Assembly: GCA_029858565.1 (NCBI GenBank)
Contig: JAOUEV010000039.1
Span: 1 to 34,016 of the forward strand
Length of the DNA: 34,016 nucleotides
DNA from: Nitrospirota bacterium
GTDB lineage: Bacteria; Nitrospirota; UBA9217
Direction of reading: 5' to 3'
Made by a program: the position numbers and the translations under genes. Positions 1 to 8,638 of the stretch are shown piece by piece. The notes beneath the pieces were generated by a model. The model ran no database searches and was not told where the DNA came from. It saw only the letters and a list, made by a program, of their open reading frames with translations. Numbering within the stretch: the stretch's first letter is position 1; each line of letters starts with the position of its first letter.

Positions 1-2
1 GA

Positions 3-656
3 ACGGTTCTTTCCGGGGGCAGGCTTGTGGCATCCTCCGGAAGGACCGTTCCGATCTTCGGCGTGAATCTCGGGAGCATGGGGTTCATGGCCGAGGTTTC
101 GCTGGAAGAATTGTACGATAATCTTCAGAAAGCCCTTGCCGGTAAACTGAGATCAGAACAACGCATGATGCTTACTGCCTCCATCATCAGGGGCGGCCGA
201 AAGGTCTCGTCGTATACGGTCCTGAATGACGCCGTGGTGAGCAAGGGCGCTGTCGCGAGAATGATATCGCTCGAGGTCGCTGTTGGCGGGGATCATCTGA
301 CCTCGGTGCGCGCAGACGGTCTTATTCTGGCAACGCCGACTGGTTCGACAGCCTATTCCCTGTCTGCCGGAGGGCCGATCGTCCATCCCACCCTGAACTG
401 CATCGTGCTCACACCAATATGCCCGCATACGCTCTCGAACAGGCCGATCGCCATTCCTGACAGGTCACAGGTACGGGTCAAGCTGACGTCGACGAGTGAA
501 GGCGCCATGCTTACCCTGGACGGTCAGGTTGCCTGCCCATTGAAGAAGAACGATGTCGTGCTGGTCAGAAAAGCGAAGCACAAGGCAACGATCATCAAGC
601 ATCCTGTCAAGGACTACTACGAGATCCTTCGAACGAAATTGAAGTGGGGGAACTGA
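3..656 (+). CDS. nadK: NAD(+) kinase, 5'-partial (gene starts before the window)
   Basis: Frame is open from position 3 (TVLSGGRLVAS, the segment that follows GGDG). Motifs GVNLGSMGFM, LND, ADGLILATPTGSTAYSLSAGGP, PICPHTLSNRP, DGQ, C-terminal KLKWG. Confidence 0.95.
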   Translation, partial: TVLSGGRLVASSGRTVPIFGVNLGSMGFMAEVSLEELYDNLQKALAGKLRSEQRMMLTASIIRGGRKVSSYTVLNDAVVSKGAVARMISLEVAVGGDHLTSVRADGLILATPTGSTAYSLSAGGPIVHPTLNCIVLTPICPHTLSNRPIAIPDRSQVRVKLTSTSEGAMLTLDGQVACPLKKNDVVLVRKAKHKATIIKHPVKDYYEILRTKLKWGN

Positions 657-748
657 AACAAGTTCCGAGTGCGCCGCGAAAAACATCACCGCGCGTGCTC
701 AAGGAATCTCACCGGTGACATTCGTGGTCGGACCATAACTGCATAATC

Positions 749-1570
749 ATGACCGATAATCGAACAGACTTGCAGGAGATCATCACCGATATCCGCGGCC
801 ATGTGGAGTTCCAGCGGTCCCTGGGCATCAAGACGATCGAGATGACGACCGGTCAGGACAACCCTGTTTCTGTCCATCCTCCGGCGGACCGGATGCCCGC
901 TGCGGCGCCCGATGGTCCGGTCGTGCCTGTTCCCGCGCAGACATCGGTTGCCAGGACCGGGGAACACGAACAGCTCGCTTCTGGTGCGCCGCAGACGCTG
1001 GACACGGTTAAGGCCGAGATAGGCGATTGCACGCGGTGCAAATTGAGCAAGGGTCGGAGCACGATCGTGTTCGGCGAAGGAAATCCGAAAGCAGAAATCC
1101 TTTTTATAGGTGAAGGGCCGGGCTTTGAAGAGGACCAGCAGGGAAGGCCTTTTGTGGGAGCCGCGGGTCAGCTCCTGACCGACATCATTGTCAAGGGCAT
1201 GAAGCTTAGACGCGAGGATGTCTATATCTGCAATATCGTTAAATGCCGTCCGCCGGACAACCGGAACCCTGAACCTGACGAGGTCGATGCCTGCATAGGT
1301 TTCGTGAAACAACAGATAGCTGCGATCAAACCGAGGGTCATCGTGACGCTGGGCAATGTGCCTACCCAGAACCTGCTGGGAACCAAGCAGGGGATCACCA
1401 AGGTGCGCGGAATATGGCAGGAATATGACGGCATCCCGGTGATGCCCACGTTCCATCCGTCCTATCTGCTCAGGAGCCCCGGGGAAAAGAAGCTTGCCTG
1501 GGAAGATATTAAAATGGTGATGACGAAGCTCGGTCTTCCTCTCGATGGGCAGGGAGCCGGCGGCAAGTAG
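749..1570 (+). CDS. Uracil-DNA glycosylase, family 4 (4Fe-4S)
   Basis: CTRCKL, VFGEGN, IGEGPGFEED, GRPFVGAAGQLL, NIVKCRPPDNRNP, TFHPSYLLR. Confidence 0.95.
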   Translation: MTDNRTDLQEIITDIRGHVEFQRSLGIKTIEMTTGQDNPVSVHPPADRMPAAAPDGPVVPVPAQTSVARTGEHEQLASGAPQTLDTVKAEIGDCTRCKLSKGRSTIVFGEGNPKAEILFIGEGPGFEEDQQGRPFVGAAGQLLTDIIVKGMKLRREDVYICNIVKCRPPDNRNPEPDEVDACIGFVKQQIAAIKPRVIVTLGNVPTQNLLGTKQGITKVRGIWQEYDGIPVMPTFHPSYLLRSPGEKKLAWEDIKMVMTKLGLPLDGQGAGGK

Positions 1571-1655
1571 CGCGATAGGAACATTTGCTGTATAGCCAAT
1601 TGGCTGATATTGGTTGTCTGCAATCTGACGAAAGATTTCTCTCCGGCTGATATCC

Positions 1656-4304
1656 ATGACCGACCTGACCCCCTTGATGAAACAATACCACGAGATCAAG
1701 CGGCAGCATCTTGACTCGATCCTGCTGTTCCGCATGGGCGACTTCTATGAGATGTTCGACCAGGACGCGGTGACGGCTTCCAAAGTGCTCGAGATCACGC
1801 TGACGCAGCGCAATAAATCAAAAGGGAACGAAACCCCCCTCTGCGGATTCCCGTACCATGCAGTGGAAGGGTATATTGCCAAGCTGATCCGCAGGGGTTT
1901 CAAGGTGGCGGTGTGCGAACAGGTCGAGGACCCCAAGCTTGCCAAAGGGCTGGTGAAACGCGAGGTCATCAGGGTGGTAACGCCCGGTACGGTGCTGGAC
2001 GCGAACCTGCTCGATGCCAAGGACAATAATTATCTTGCGTCCATCTATCCGGGCAGAACGGGCTACGGCGTCGCGTTCCTGGACATCTCGACCGGTGATT
2101 TTCACGCTGCTGAGGTGCAAGGCGCAGGTAATTTCGCAGAGCTCGATACCGTGCTGTCGCGGTTCACGCCGCGGGAGGTCGTACTGCCGAAGGGGCACCC
2201 GGCGGACCGGGATCTTATGGCGCTGATCAACCAGTATACCCGTGCGGTGAACACCTACGATGACTGGACCTTTGACCGGGATACGGCGCGCAGGTCACTG
2301 CTGGACCATTTCAAAATAACTTCGCTCGAAGGTTTCGGCTGCGACGGCATGACCACCGGGATCTCGGCCGCAGGCGCCGCGCTCAGGTACATCGAGGAGA
2401 CCCAGAAGACCGCCCTTGCCAATATCAGGACCATGAAACCGTACCTGGCGCGGTCGTCCATGATCATTGACGCGGCCTGCCAAAGGAACCTTGAGCTGGT
2501 AAGGAACATCTTCGACGGGTCCGTCAACGGCACGCTGCTGTCGGTCCTTGACCATACGGTCACGTCGATGGCAGGCAGAAAACTGCGGGAGTGGCTCCTG
2601 AACCCGCTTCTGGACCACCAGGAGATCAACGGCAGGCTCGATGCCGTTGCAGAGCTCAAGGACCGCCACCAGGTGCGTACCGGGGTCCGCGCGGCATTGG
2701 GCCGCGTCTATGACCTTGAACGGCTCATCAGCCGGGTTTCTCTCGGCGTTGCCAACGCCCGGGACCTGGTCGCGCTCAAGATATCCTTCAAGGCCCTGCC
2801 GGATATCAAGAACCTCCTTTCTCTGAGCGCATCGGGACTTATCAAGGACCTTCTGGAAAAATGGGACGATATCGAAGACCTGTATTCGCTCATTGAACGA
2901 TCGATCAACGATGATCCTCCGTTCACGCTTCGTGAGGGGAAGCTCATCAAGAAAGGCTGTAATGCGGAGCTGGACGAACTTCTTGAGATCAGCACCGAAG
3001 GAAAAGGGTTCATAGCTTCCATCGAACTGCGGGAACGGGAGCGGACCGGCATCTCATCGCTCAAGGTGAGCTACAACAAGGTCTTCGGCTACTATATCGA
3101 GGTGACCAAGCCTAACCTCCCGAACGTGCCGACGGATTATATCCGCAAGCAGACCATGACCAACGCAGAACGGTTCATCACTCCGGAACTCAAGGAGTAC
3201 GAGGACAAGGTCCTGAACGCGGAAGAGAAGATCCTGGACCTTGAATACCGTCTGTTCCAGGAAGTGCGCGAGCAGGTAAGCCGCCAGACGGTCCGCGTGC
3301 AGGACATGGCACGAAGGATAGCAGTGCTGGACTGCCTGGTCTCCCTGGCTGAGGCTGCCGCACAGTACAATTACAGCAGGCCGGTGGTTGACCAGGGGGA
3401 TTCTCTCCGGATCATCGAAGGCCGTCACCCGGTGATCGAACGTCTGACCGCGGACCGGTTCGTTCCGAACGACACGGTCCTGGACTGCGAAGAGAACCAG
3501 CTCATCATCATCACCGGCCCGAACATGGCGGGGAAGTCGACCTATATGCGCCAGGTTGCCCTTATCGCCATCATGGCGCAGATGGGAAGTTTCGTTCCTG
3601 CTCGCGAGGCGATCGTGGGAATCGTGGACCGCGTGTTCACCCGTGTCGGAGCATCGGATTTCCTCGCCCGGGGACAGAGTACCTTCATGGTCGAGATGAA
3701 TGAGACCGCCAACATCCTGAACAACGCCACGAGCAGAAGCCTGATCATTCTCGATGAGATCGGCAGGGGGACCAGCACGTTCGACGGCATAAGTATCGCC
3801 TGGGCTGTTGCCGAGCATATCCATGAGAAGCTCAGGGCACGGACGCTCTTCGCCACCCATTACCATGAGCTCACCGATCTTTCGCTTACCATGGACCGGG
3901 TCAGGAACTTCAATGTTGCGATCAAGGAGTGGAACGACCAGATCATTTTCCTGAGAAAGGTTGTGGAAGGCGGAGCTGACAAGTCCTATGGGATCCAGGT
4001 CGCCCGGCTCGCGGGATTGCCCGCCCAGGTGATCGAGCGCGCTCGGGAAGTGCTGGCAAACCTGGAACAGGCTGAGTTCGATGAAACCGGCGAACCGGTG
4101 GCAGGGCATACGGAACGTGCGGCGGCACGAGAAAAGCGAACTGCCAGGACGCCGGACGAACCTTCGGGTCCGCAGCTTGGCCTGTTCGCGGCCAGGGACG
4201 CGAATCTGGTCCGGGAAATCGCCGAAATGGACCTTGATGCCATGACACCGCTTGAAGCCATGAACAAACTTGCGGAGATAAAGAAGAAGGCCTTGGGAAC
4301 ATAG
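1656..4304 (+). CDS. mutS: DNA mismatch repair protein MutS
   Basis: TPLMKQY, FRMGDFYEMF, Walker A TGPNMAGKSTYMRQ, STFMVEM, DEIGRGTSTFDG, FATHYHEL, SYGIQVARLAGLP; 882 aa. Confidence 0.99.
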   Translation: MTDLTPLMKQYHEIKRQHLDSILLFRMGDFYEMFDQDAVTASKVLEITLTQRNKSKGNETPLCGFPYHAVEGYIAKLIRRGFKVAVCEQVEDPKLAKGLVKREVIRVVTPGTVLDANLLDAKDNNYLASIYPGRTGYGVAFLDISTGDFHAAEVQGAGNFAELDTVLSRFTPREVVLPKGHPADRDLMALINQYTRAVNTYDDWTFDRDTARRSLLDHFKITSLEGFGCDGMTTGISAAGAALRYIEETQKTALANIRTMKPYLARSSMIIDAACQRNLELVRNIFDGSVNGTLLSVLDHTVTSMAGRKLREWLLNPLLDHQEINGRLDAVAELKDRHQVRTGVRAALGRVYDLERLISRVSLGVANARDLVALKISFKALPDIKNLLSLSASGLIKDLLEKWDDIEDLYSLIERSINDDPPFTLREGKLIKKGCNAELDELLEISTEGKGFIASIELRERERTGISSLKVSYNKVFGYYIEVTKPNLPNVPTDYIRKQTMTNAERFITPELKEYEDKVLNAEEKILDLEYRLFQEVREQVSRQTVRVQDMARRIAVLDCLVSLAEAAAQYNYSRPVVDQGDSLRIIEGRHPVIERLTADRFVPNDTVLDCEENQLIIITGPNMAGKSTYMRQVALIAIMAQMGSFVPAREAIVGIVDRVFTRVGASDFLARGQSTFMVEMNETANILNNATSRSLIILDEIGRGTSTFDGISIAWAVAEHIHEKLRARTLFATHYHELTDLSLTMDRVRNFNVAIKEWNDQIIFLRKVVEGGADKSYGIQVARLAGLPAQVIERAREVLANLEQAEFDETGEPVAGHTERAAAREKRTARTPDEPSGPQLGLFAARDANLVREIAEMDLDAMTPLEAMNKLAEIKKKALGT

Positions 4305-4442
4305 GCCCTCGTTGTATCGCCGCACCCGTCAGATCACCTATTCTCCCGTCAACCTACCTTGCCTGCTCCCGCACTGCGCATAAAAAAGGGCTTTACAGCC
4401 CTGCTGACTTTAGAATAATATGCATCTGCTTTGCGATAAGGA

Positions 4443-5696
4443 GTGATCTTGATGCTTCGTGCCGTTCTGATGCTTATAGCTGCCATGCTGAGCTTGCTGA
4501 CAGCACCTGAACCGGTCTTCGCGGTTGAGGATTGCGTATGGGCCGCGAGGTTGTCCGAGGAAGGCATCGCGCTTCTCAATGACCACCCGTCGAGGGCAGT
4601 GAATAAGCTGAAGGACGCGATAAGTTATTGCGGATTAAGCGCGTCGCTTTATTATAATCTCGGCTTGGCGTACTATAAGCAGAATAAATTTGCTGAGGCC
4701 CGCGACCAGATGGAGCGGGCTATGAGGCTGAGGCCAGGCTATGCAAAAGCAGCGAACGACCTTGCCTATATCTATGCAGCACACCTGAACGACAAGCAGC
4801 GGGCCTGGATACTTGCACGCGTAGCGGTGCGGTCTGATCCAAAGAACAATGATTTTCTTGAGACCTTTGCGCTGACAAAGGAACTGGATATCGAAGATCC
4901 GCCAAAGCTCGACACCAGGCGTCCTGATGCCGTGGCAATTGTTATCGGCAACCGGAACTATAAGAGCAGCAGCATACCTGCGGTGGAGTTCGCGCATCGT
5001 GATGCCTCCCTGGTCAAGCGATATCTCGATGAGGCATGCGGTTTCCGCGGCGGCGACATCATTGATATCTCCGATGCAAATGTGTCGCAGATGAACAAGG
5101 TGTTCGGAGACAAGGATGATCACCGGGGCATTCTCTACGACAGGATCGAACCTGCCAAGAGTGACGTGGTCATCTACTATACAGGGCATGGCGCCTATGA
5201 CCCCGTTGCCAGAGAAAGCTACCTTCTTCCCATGAGCGCTGACACTGCTGCGCTGGGAGAAACGGCCTACCCGCTGAGCATGCTCTATGAGAATCTTGCA
5301 AAGATCAACAAGGAAAAGAGACCTCGAAGCGTTGTCCTTATCCTGGATGCTTCTTTTAACAGCTCGGTCCCGGGCGGCGCAATCATCCCGGAAGCGGACC
5401 CGGTGGCCGTTCTTACCAATGCACCGCTGGCGGCTATGAAAAATGTCGCTGCCTTTATTAGCGCACGAAGCGATCAAGAGAGTTCCGTGTATGCTGAGAA
5501 GGGTCATGGATTGTTCACCTACCTGTTCGTGCGGTCGCTCCGAGAACTGATCGAGATGAACAGCAATGGTTCAGTTGCTGATTTGGAGGCGATCCTTTTA
5601 GGATTTGACGGGGTTAGCGACACAGCAAAGCGCCTATACAATAGGGACCAGGTCCCGCAGATCGTAGGGAACAAGACAATCACGCTGATGCCCTGA
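4443..5696 (+). CDS. Exported TPR + caspase-like (peptidase C14) domain protein; catalytic Cys replaced by Ser
   Basis: Signal peptide ending VFA; TPR motifs (YYNLGLAYYKQNKFAEA, AANDLAYIY); caspase-fold motifs AIVIGNRNY, YYTGHG, ILDASF (normally DAC), GHGLFTY, QVP. GTG start next to AAGGAG, so the exact start is uncertain. Confidence 0.85.
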   Translation: MILMLRAVLMLIAAMLSLLTAPEPVFAVEDCVWAARLSEEGIALLNDHPSRAVNKLKDAISYCGLSASLYYNLGLAYYKQNKFAEARDQMERAMRLRPGYAKAANDLAYIYAAHLNDKQRAWILARVAVRSDPKNNDFLETFALTKELDIEDPPKLDTRRPDAVAIVIGNRNYKSSSIPAVEFAHRDASLVKRYLDEACGFRGGDIIDISDANVSQMNKVFGDKDDHRGILYDRIEPAKSDVVIYYTGHGAYDPVARESYLLPMSADTAALGETAYPLSMLYENLAKINKEKRPRSVVLILDASFNSSVPGGAIIPEADPVAVLTNAPLAAMKNVAAFISARSDQESSVYAEKGHGLFTYLFVRSLRELIEMNSNGSVADLEAILLGFDGVSDTAKRLYNRDQVPQIVGNKTITLMP

Positions 5697-5718
5697 TCTC
5701 GTGATCAGGAGATACCTT

Positions 5719-6081
5719 ATGAGAAGAACATTCATATGCCTTATTCTTCTGTCGTTCTTTCTTCCTGTGCAGGTCCGCGCCGGGATCATCGGAACGCCGG
5801 ATCCGGTGGAAGACGCTCTGCAAAAACGTATTGAAAAGCAGAAGAACTTCATCCAGCGGCCGGACAGGTCCGACAGTGAGCGGATGACCGATGAATTTCA
5901 GGAGAACATGAAAACTGCCGAGGTCTCGCAGACCGGCGAGAAGAAGTCCGGTTCTGTCTGGTGGAAGTGGGCCCTCGGCATTCTCGTAGTCGGCGGTATA
6001 GCCGCGGCAGCGTCCGGAGGGGGCGGAAGCGGAGGCGGATCATCGTCAAGTACCGGCGCTACGGTAACCGGCTCGTGGTAA
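5719..6081 (+). CDS. Small exported or membrane protein with a hydrophobic segment, Gly/Ser linker and C-terminal TVTGSW
   Basis: AGGAG 8 nt before ATG 5719; signal peptide ending VRA; WWKWALGILVVGGIAAAA followed by SGGGGSGGGSSSSTGATVTGSW. Confidence 0.8.
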   Translation: MRRTFICLILLSFFLPVQVRAGIIGTPDPVEDALQKRIEKQKNFIQRPDRSDSERMTDEFQENMKTAEVSQTGEKKSGSVWWKWALGILVVGGIAAAASGGGGSGGGSSSSTGATVTGSW

Positions 6082-6193
6082 CTACCGCCGGAAGCTGTTC
6101 GACCGGGCGATCGGGATCCCGGTCAACAAAGAACCACCGAAAGCAAACATCGGTACACGACGCAGTACCGGCCGTTTTTCTGGAGCAACCTGT

Positions 6194-8572
6194 ATGACAA
6201 GATTCGCTGTATCCATTCTCTGCATTTCCATCTTGGCCATTGCCGCTGTCTCTTGCAGTTCGGGCCCATTGGATTCCGGGTATGCTTCATTCACTTTTTC
6301 GCTCAAATGGCCGTCTGAATTCTCCGCTAAATCACCGGGTATATACCGTAACGCGCCCGCAGGCGTTGTCAACGTCAGGATATCCGTGTCAGCCATTGAT
6401 ATGACCATGATGAGCCGTGATTTCCTGGCCTCGGCAGGAACAGGTTCTCTTTCAGATGTGCCTCCGGGTGCGAATAGAACGATCGCTTTTGAGGGTCTTG
6501 ATGCCAACGGCAACGCGCAATACCGGGGACAGGTGACCGGCGTAACGCTCAAGTCCGGACAGGTCTTCGATTGCGGTACCGTGGCCATGGATCCCGTGCC
6601 GGCAGTTACCAACCTGGTGATATTTGAGTCCGACCGCAACGGCACCTGGCAGCTCTTTAAGATGAATCCTGACGGGACCGGCCAGACCCCGATAACCAGC
6701 GACACCTATAATAATCGCAACGCCTGTGCTTCTCCCGAGGGCGGCAAGATCGCGTTCAGGACGGACCGGAACAGCTCCTTCTGTGACAGCGGCTATTGCG
6801 ATCTCTACGTGATCAACGTCGATGGATCCGGCCTTACCCAGCTGACGAACGCCAGTGTCCGGAACGTGTATGACCTGGGAACCTGTGTGTGGTCAAAGGA
6901 CGGGAAAAAGGTTTTTTTCAGCGGGAAGAGCGTCTCCAGCGGCGGGAATCGTGAAGTCTGGTCAGCGCAGGCCGATGGAACCGGCCAGCAGCTGTTGCTG
7001 TCGCAGGCCGGCCGTGATCTTTCTCCCATGAGCATATCAGCGGACGGTTCGAGAATATCGCTCAATGACTCGCAAACAGGAGCTGACGGAGTCGATAATG
7101 TACAGTCCACGGTCAAGACTGACGGTACAGGCTATTCCTATGCGTCTCTTGTCAAGGAGCCGCGAGATGGCCGCGATGACGACGGCCGGTGGAGCCCGGA
7201 CGGAGCATTGTTTGTCTACCTCAAGGGAAGAGGGTCCGGTTCTCCAGCGCAGATCTATGTTGAGAACGGATCGGCCAACAACTATCCCGGAACGAACCTG
7301 ACCAGGGACTCTCTTGAGAACGGAGGACCATCCTGGTCGGCCGACGGTTCGAAGATCCTCTATTTTGCGCCCAAAGACGGCTTCAATCACATCTGGAGCT
7401 TCAATCTGGCCCTCAATGAAAAAATGCCGTTGTCAGCCGGCGAGTATTCAGATATGAATCCGGTGTGGTTAGTCATGGCCACCCCGGGCTCAGCCACAAC
7501 GGATATCTGGAAGACGACCTCAACGGCCGGCGCGCCGTCAGCGCGATCCCGTCATGGGGCGGTCTGGACAGGCAGTGAAATGATCGTATGGGGCGGATGG
7601 GACCTGAGCTGGGGTTTCAACACGGGAGGCCGGTACGATCCTGTGATAGATGTATGGAAGCCGGTGCTGGGGAGTCCCCCGCCGGCACGCTATGATATGG
7701 CCATGGTCTGGACCGGGACTGAAGTGATCATCTGGGGCGGGTATTGTGTTAATCTGTCAACGACCTGTGATGGCGGCGGTCGCTATAATCCGACAACCGA
7801 CTCCTGGACAGGGGTGGCTACGATAGGAGCGGCATCGCCTCGTTACGGTCTTGTGTCGGTATGGACCGGATCGCACATGCTTGTCTGGGGCGGAGTCTAT
7901 AGTTCTTTATCACCGACGGTTGTACCACCAATACTTGTCTCCTCTGTGACAGGTAGTCGATATGATCCGGCAGCAAATCTCTGGACAGCCATATCCACGA
8001 CGAATGCTCCCCCAAGCACCTACAATGCAAGCGCTGTCTGGACAGGCACGGAAATGATCGTCTGGGGCGGTTCTCTGAACAGTACCACGACCACCAGCGC
8101 CGGAGGAAGATATAACCCGGCGACAGATCTCTGGACAGCCGCATCCACGACCAATGCTCCCGCAAGCCGCGCGCGGCATACTGCGGTCTGGACCGGCACG
8201 GAAATGCTCGTCTGGGGCGGGCAGGGGGATGACGGCATGCCGCAGACTGCGGGAGGAAGATACGATCCCGCAACAGACATATGGACATCCATGTCGGCAA
8301 CGAACCAGCCTGTGCCGAGGACCGATATGCTCTATTCCAGCTGGACAGGATCAGAGATGATCGTTTGGGGTGGATATGACGGCTCCGCAGTCCTGAACAC
8401 GGGCGGAAAATACAACCCGGCGATTGATTCATGGATTCCCACAAGCACGTTGAATGCTCCCGCTGCCGTGAGAGGGATGACCAATGTGTGGACAGGGTCG
8501 CAGATGATCATTTGGGGCGGGGATAATGCCGCTTCGGTTGTGAACAACAGCGGGGGGAGATATACGCCCTGA
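6194..8572 (+). CDS. Lipoprotein: N-terminal beta-rich module + TolB/PD40-like propeller + Kelch-like 7-repeat propeller
   Basis: GGAG RBS; lipobox AVSC (Cys21); TolB-like motifs FESDRNGTWQLFKMNPDG, SPEGGKIAF, WSPDG, PSWSADG; seven WTGxxxxxWGG repeats. Confidence 0.85.
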   Translation: MTRFAVSILCISILAIAAVSCSSGPLDSGYASFTFSLKWPSEFSAKSPGIYRNAPAGVVNVRISVSAIDMTMMSRDFLASAGTGSLSDVPPGANRTIAFEGLDANGNAQYRGQVTGVTLKSGQVFDCGTVAMDPVPAVTNLVIFESDRNGTWQLFKMNPDGTGQTPITSDTYNNRNACASPEGGKIAFRTDRNSSFCDSGYCDLYVINVDGSGLTQLTNASVRNVYDLGTCVWSKDGKKVFFSGKSVSSGGNREVWSAQADGTGQQLLLSQAGRDLSPMSISADGSRISLNDSQTGADGVDNVQSTVKTDGTGYSYASLVKEPRDGRDDDGRWSPDGALFVYLKGRGSGSPAQIYVENGSANNYPGTNLTRDSLENGGPSWSADGSKILYFAPKDGFNHIWSFNLALNEKMPLSAGEYSDMNPVWLVMATPGSATTDIWKTTSTAGAPSARSRHGAVWTGSEMIVWGGWDLSWGFNTGGRYDPVIDVWKPVLGSPPPARYDMAMVWTGTEVIIWGGYCVNLSTTCDGGGRYNPTTDSWTGVATIGAASPRYGLVSVWTGSHMLVWGGVYSSLSPTVVPPILVSSVTGSRYDPAANLWTAISTTNAPPSTYNASAVWTGTEMIVWGGSLNSTTTTSAGGRYNPATDLWTAASTTNAPASRARHTAVWTGTEMLVWGGQGDDGMPQTAGGRYDPATDIWTSMSATNQPVPRTDMLYSSWTGSEMIVWGGYDGSAVLNTGGKYNPAIDSWIPTSTLNAPAAVRGMTNVWTGSQMIIWGGDNAASVVNNSGGRYTP
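7500..8569 (+). repeat. Seven intragenic Kelch-like repeats (~48-60 aa each)
   Basis: Consensus VWTGxEMIVWGG...GGRY(N/D)P...W seen 7 times; near-identical DNA such as gtctggacaggcacggaaatgatcgtctggggcgg vs gtctggaccggcacggaaatgctcgtctggggcgg. Confidence 0.9.
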
Positions 8573-8638
8573 GATGTTACAGACAGTTCCAGATAATCTC
8601 TTGATGAAGCGTTTTTGATGTCTTTTGGAGGTACTGAC

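Noticed and set aside
686-4325. Long antisense ORFs (686-1735, 3054-4325; likewise 25620-26882 and 31216-32466)
   Set aside because: Shadow ORFs opposite well-supported genes in GC-rich DNA, with no recognisable motifs.
4382-4402. A-tract + AGGGCT-TTAC-AGCCCT hairpin as a terminator
   Set aside because: Short stem oriented for the minus strand, where no credible gene ends; may simply be promoter sequence.
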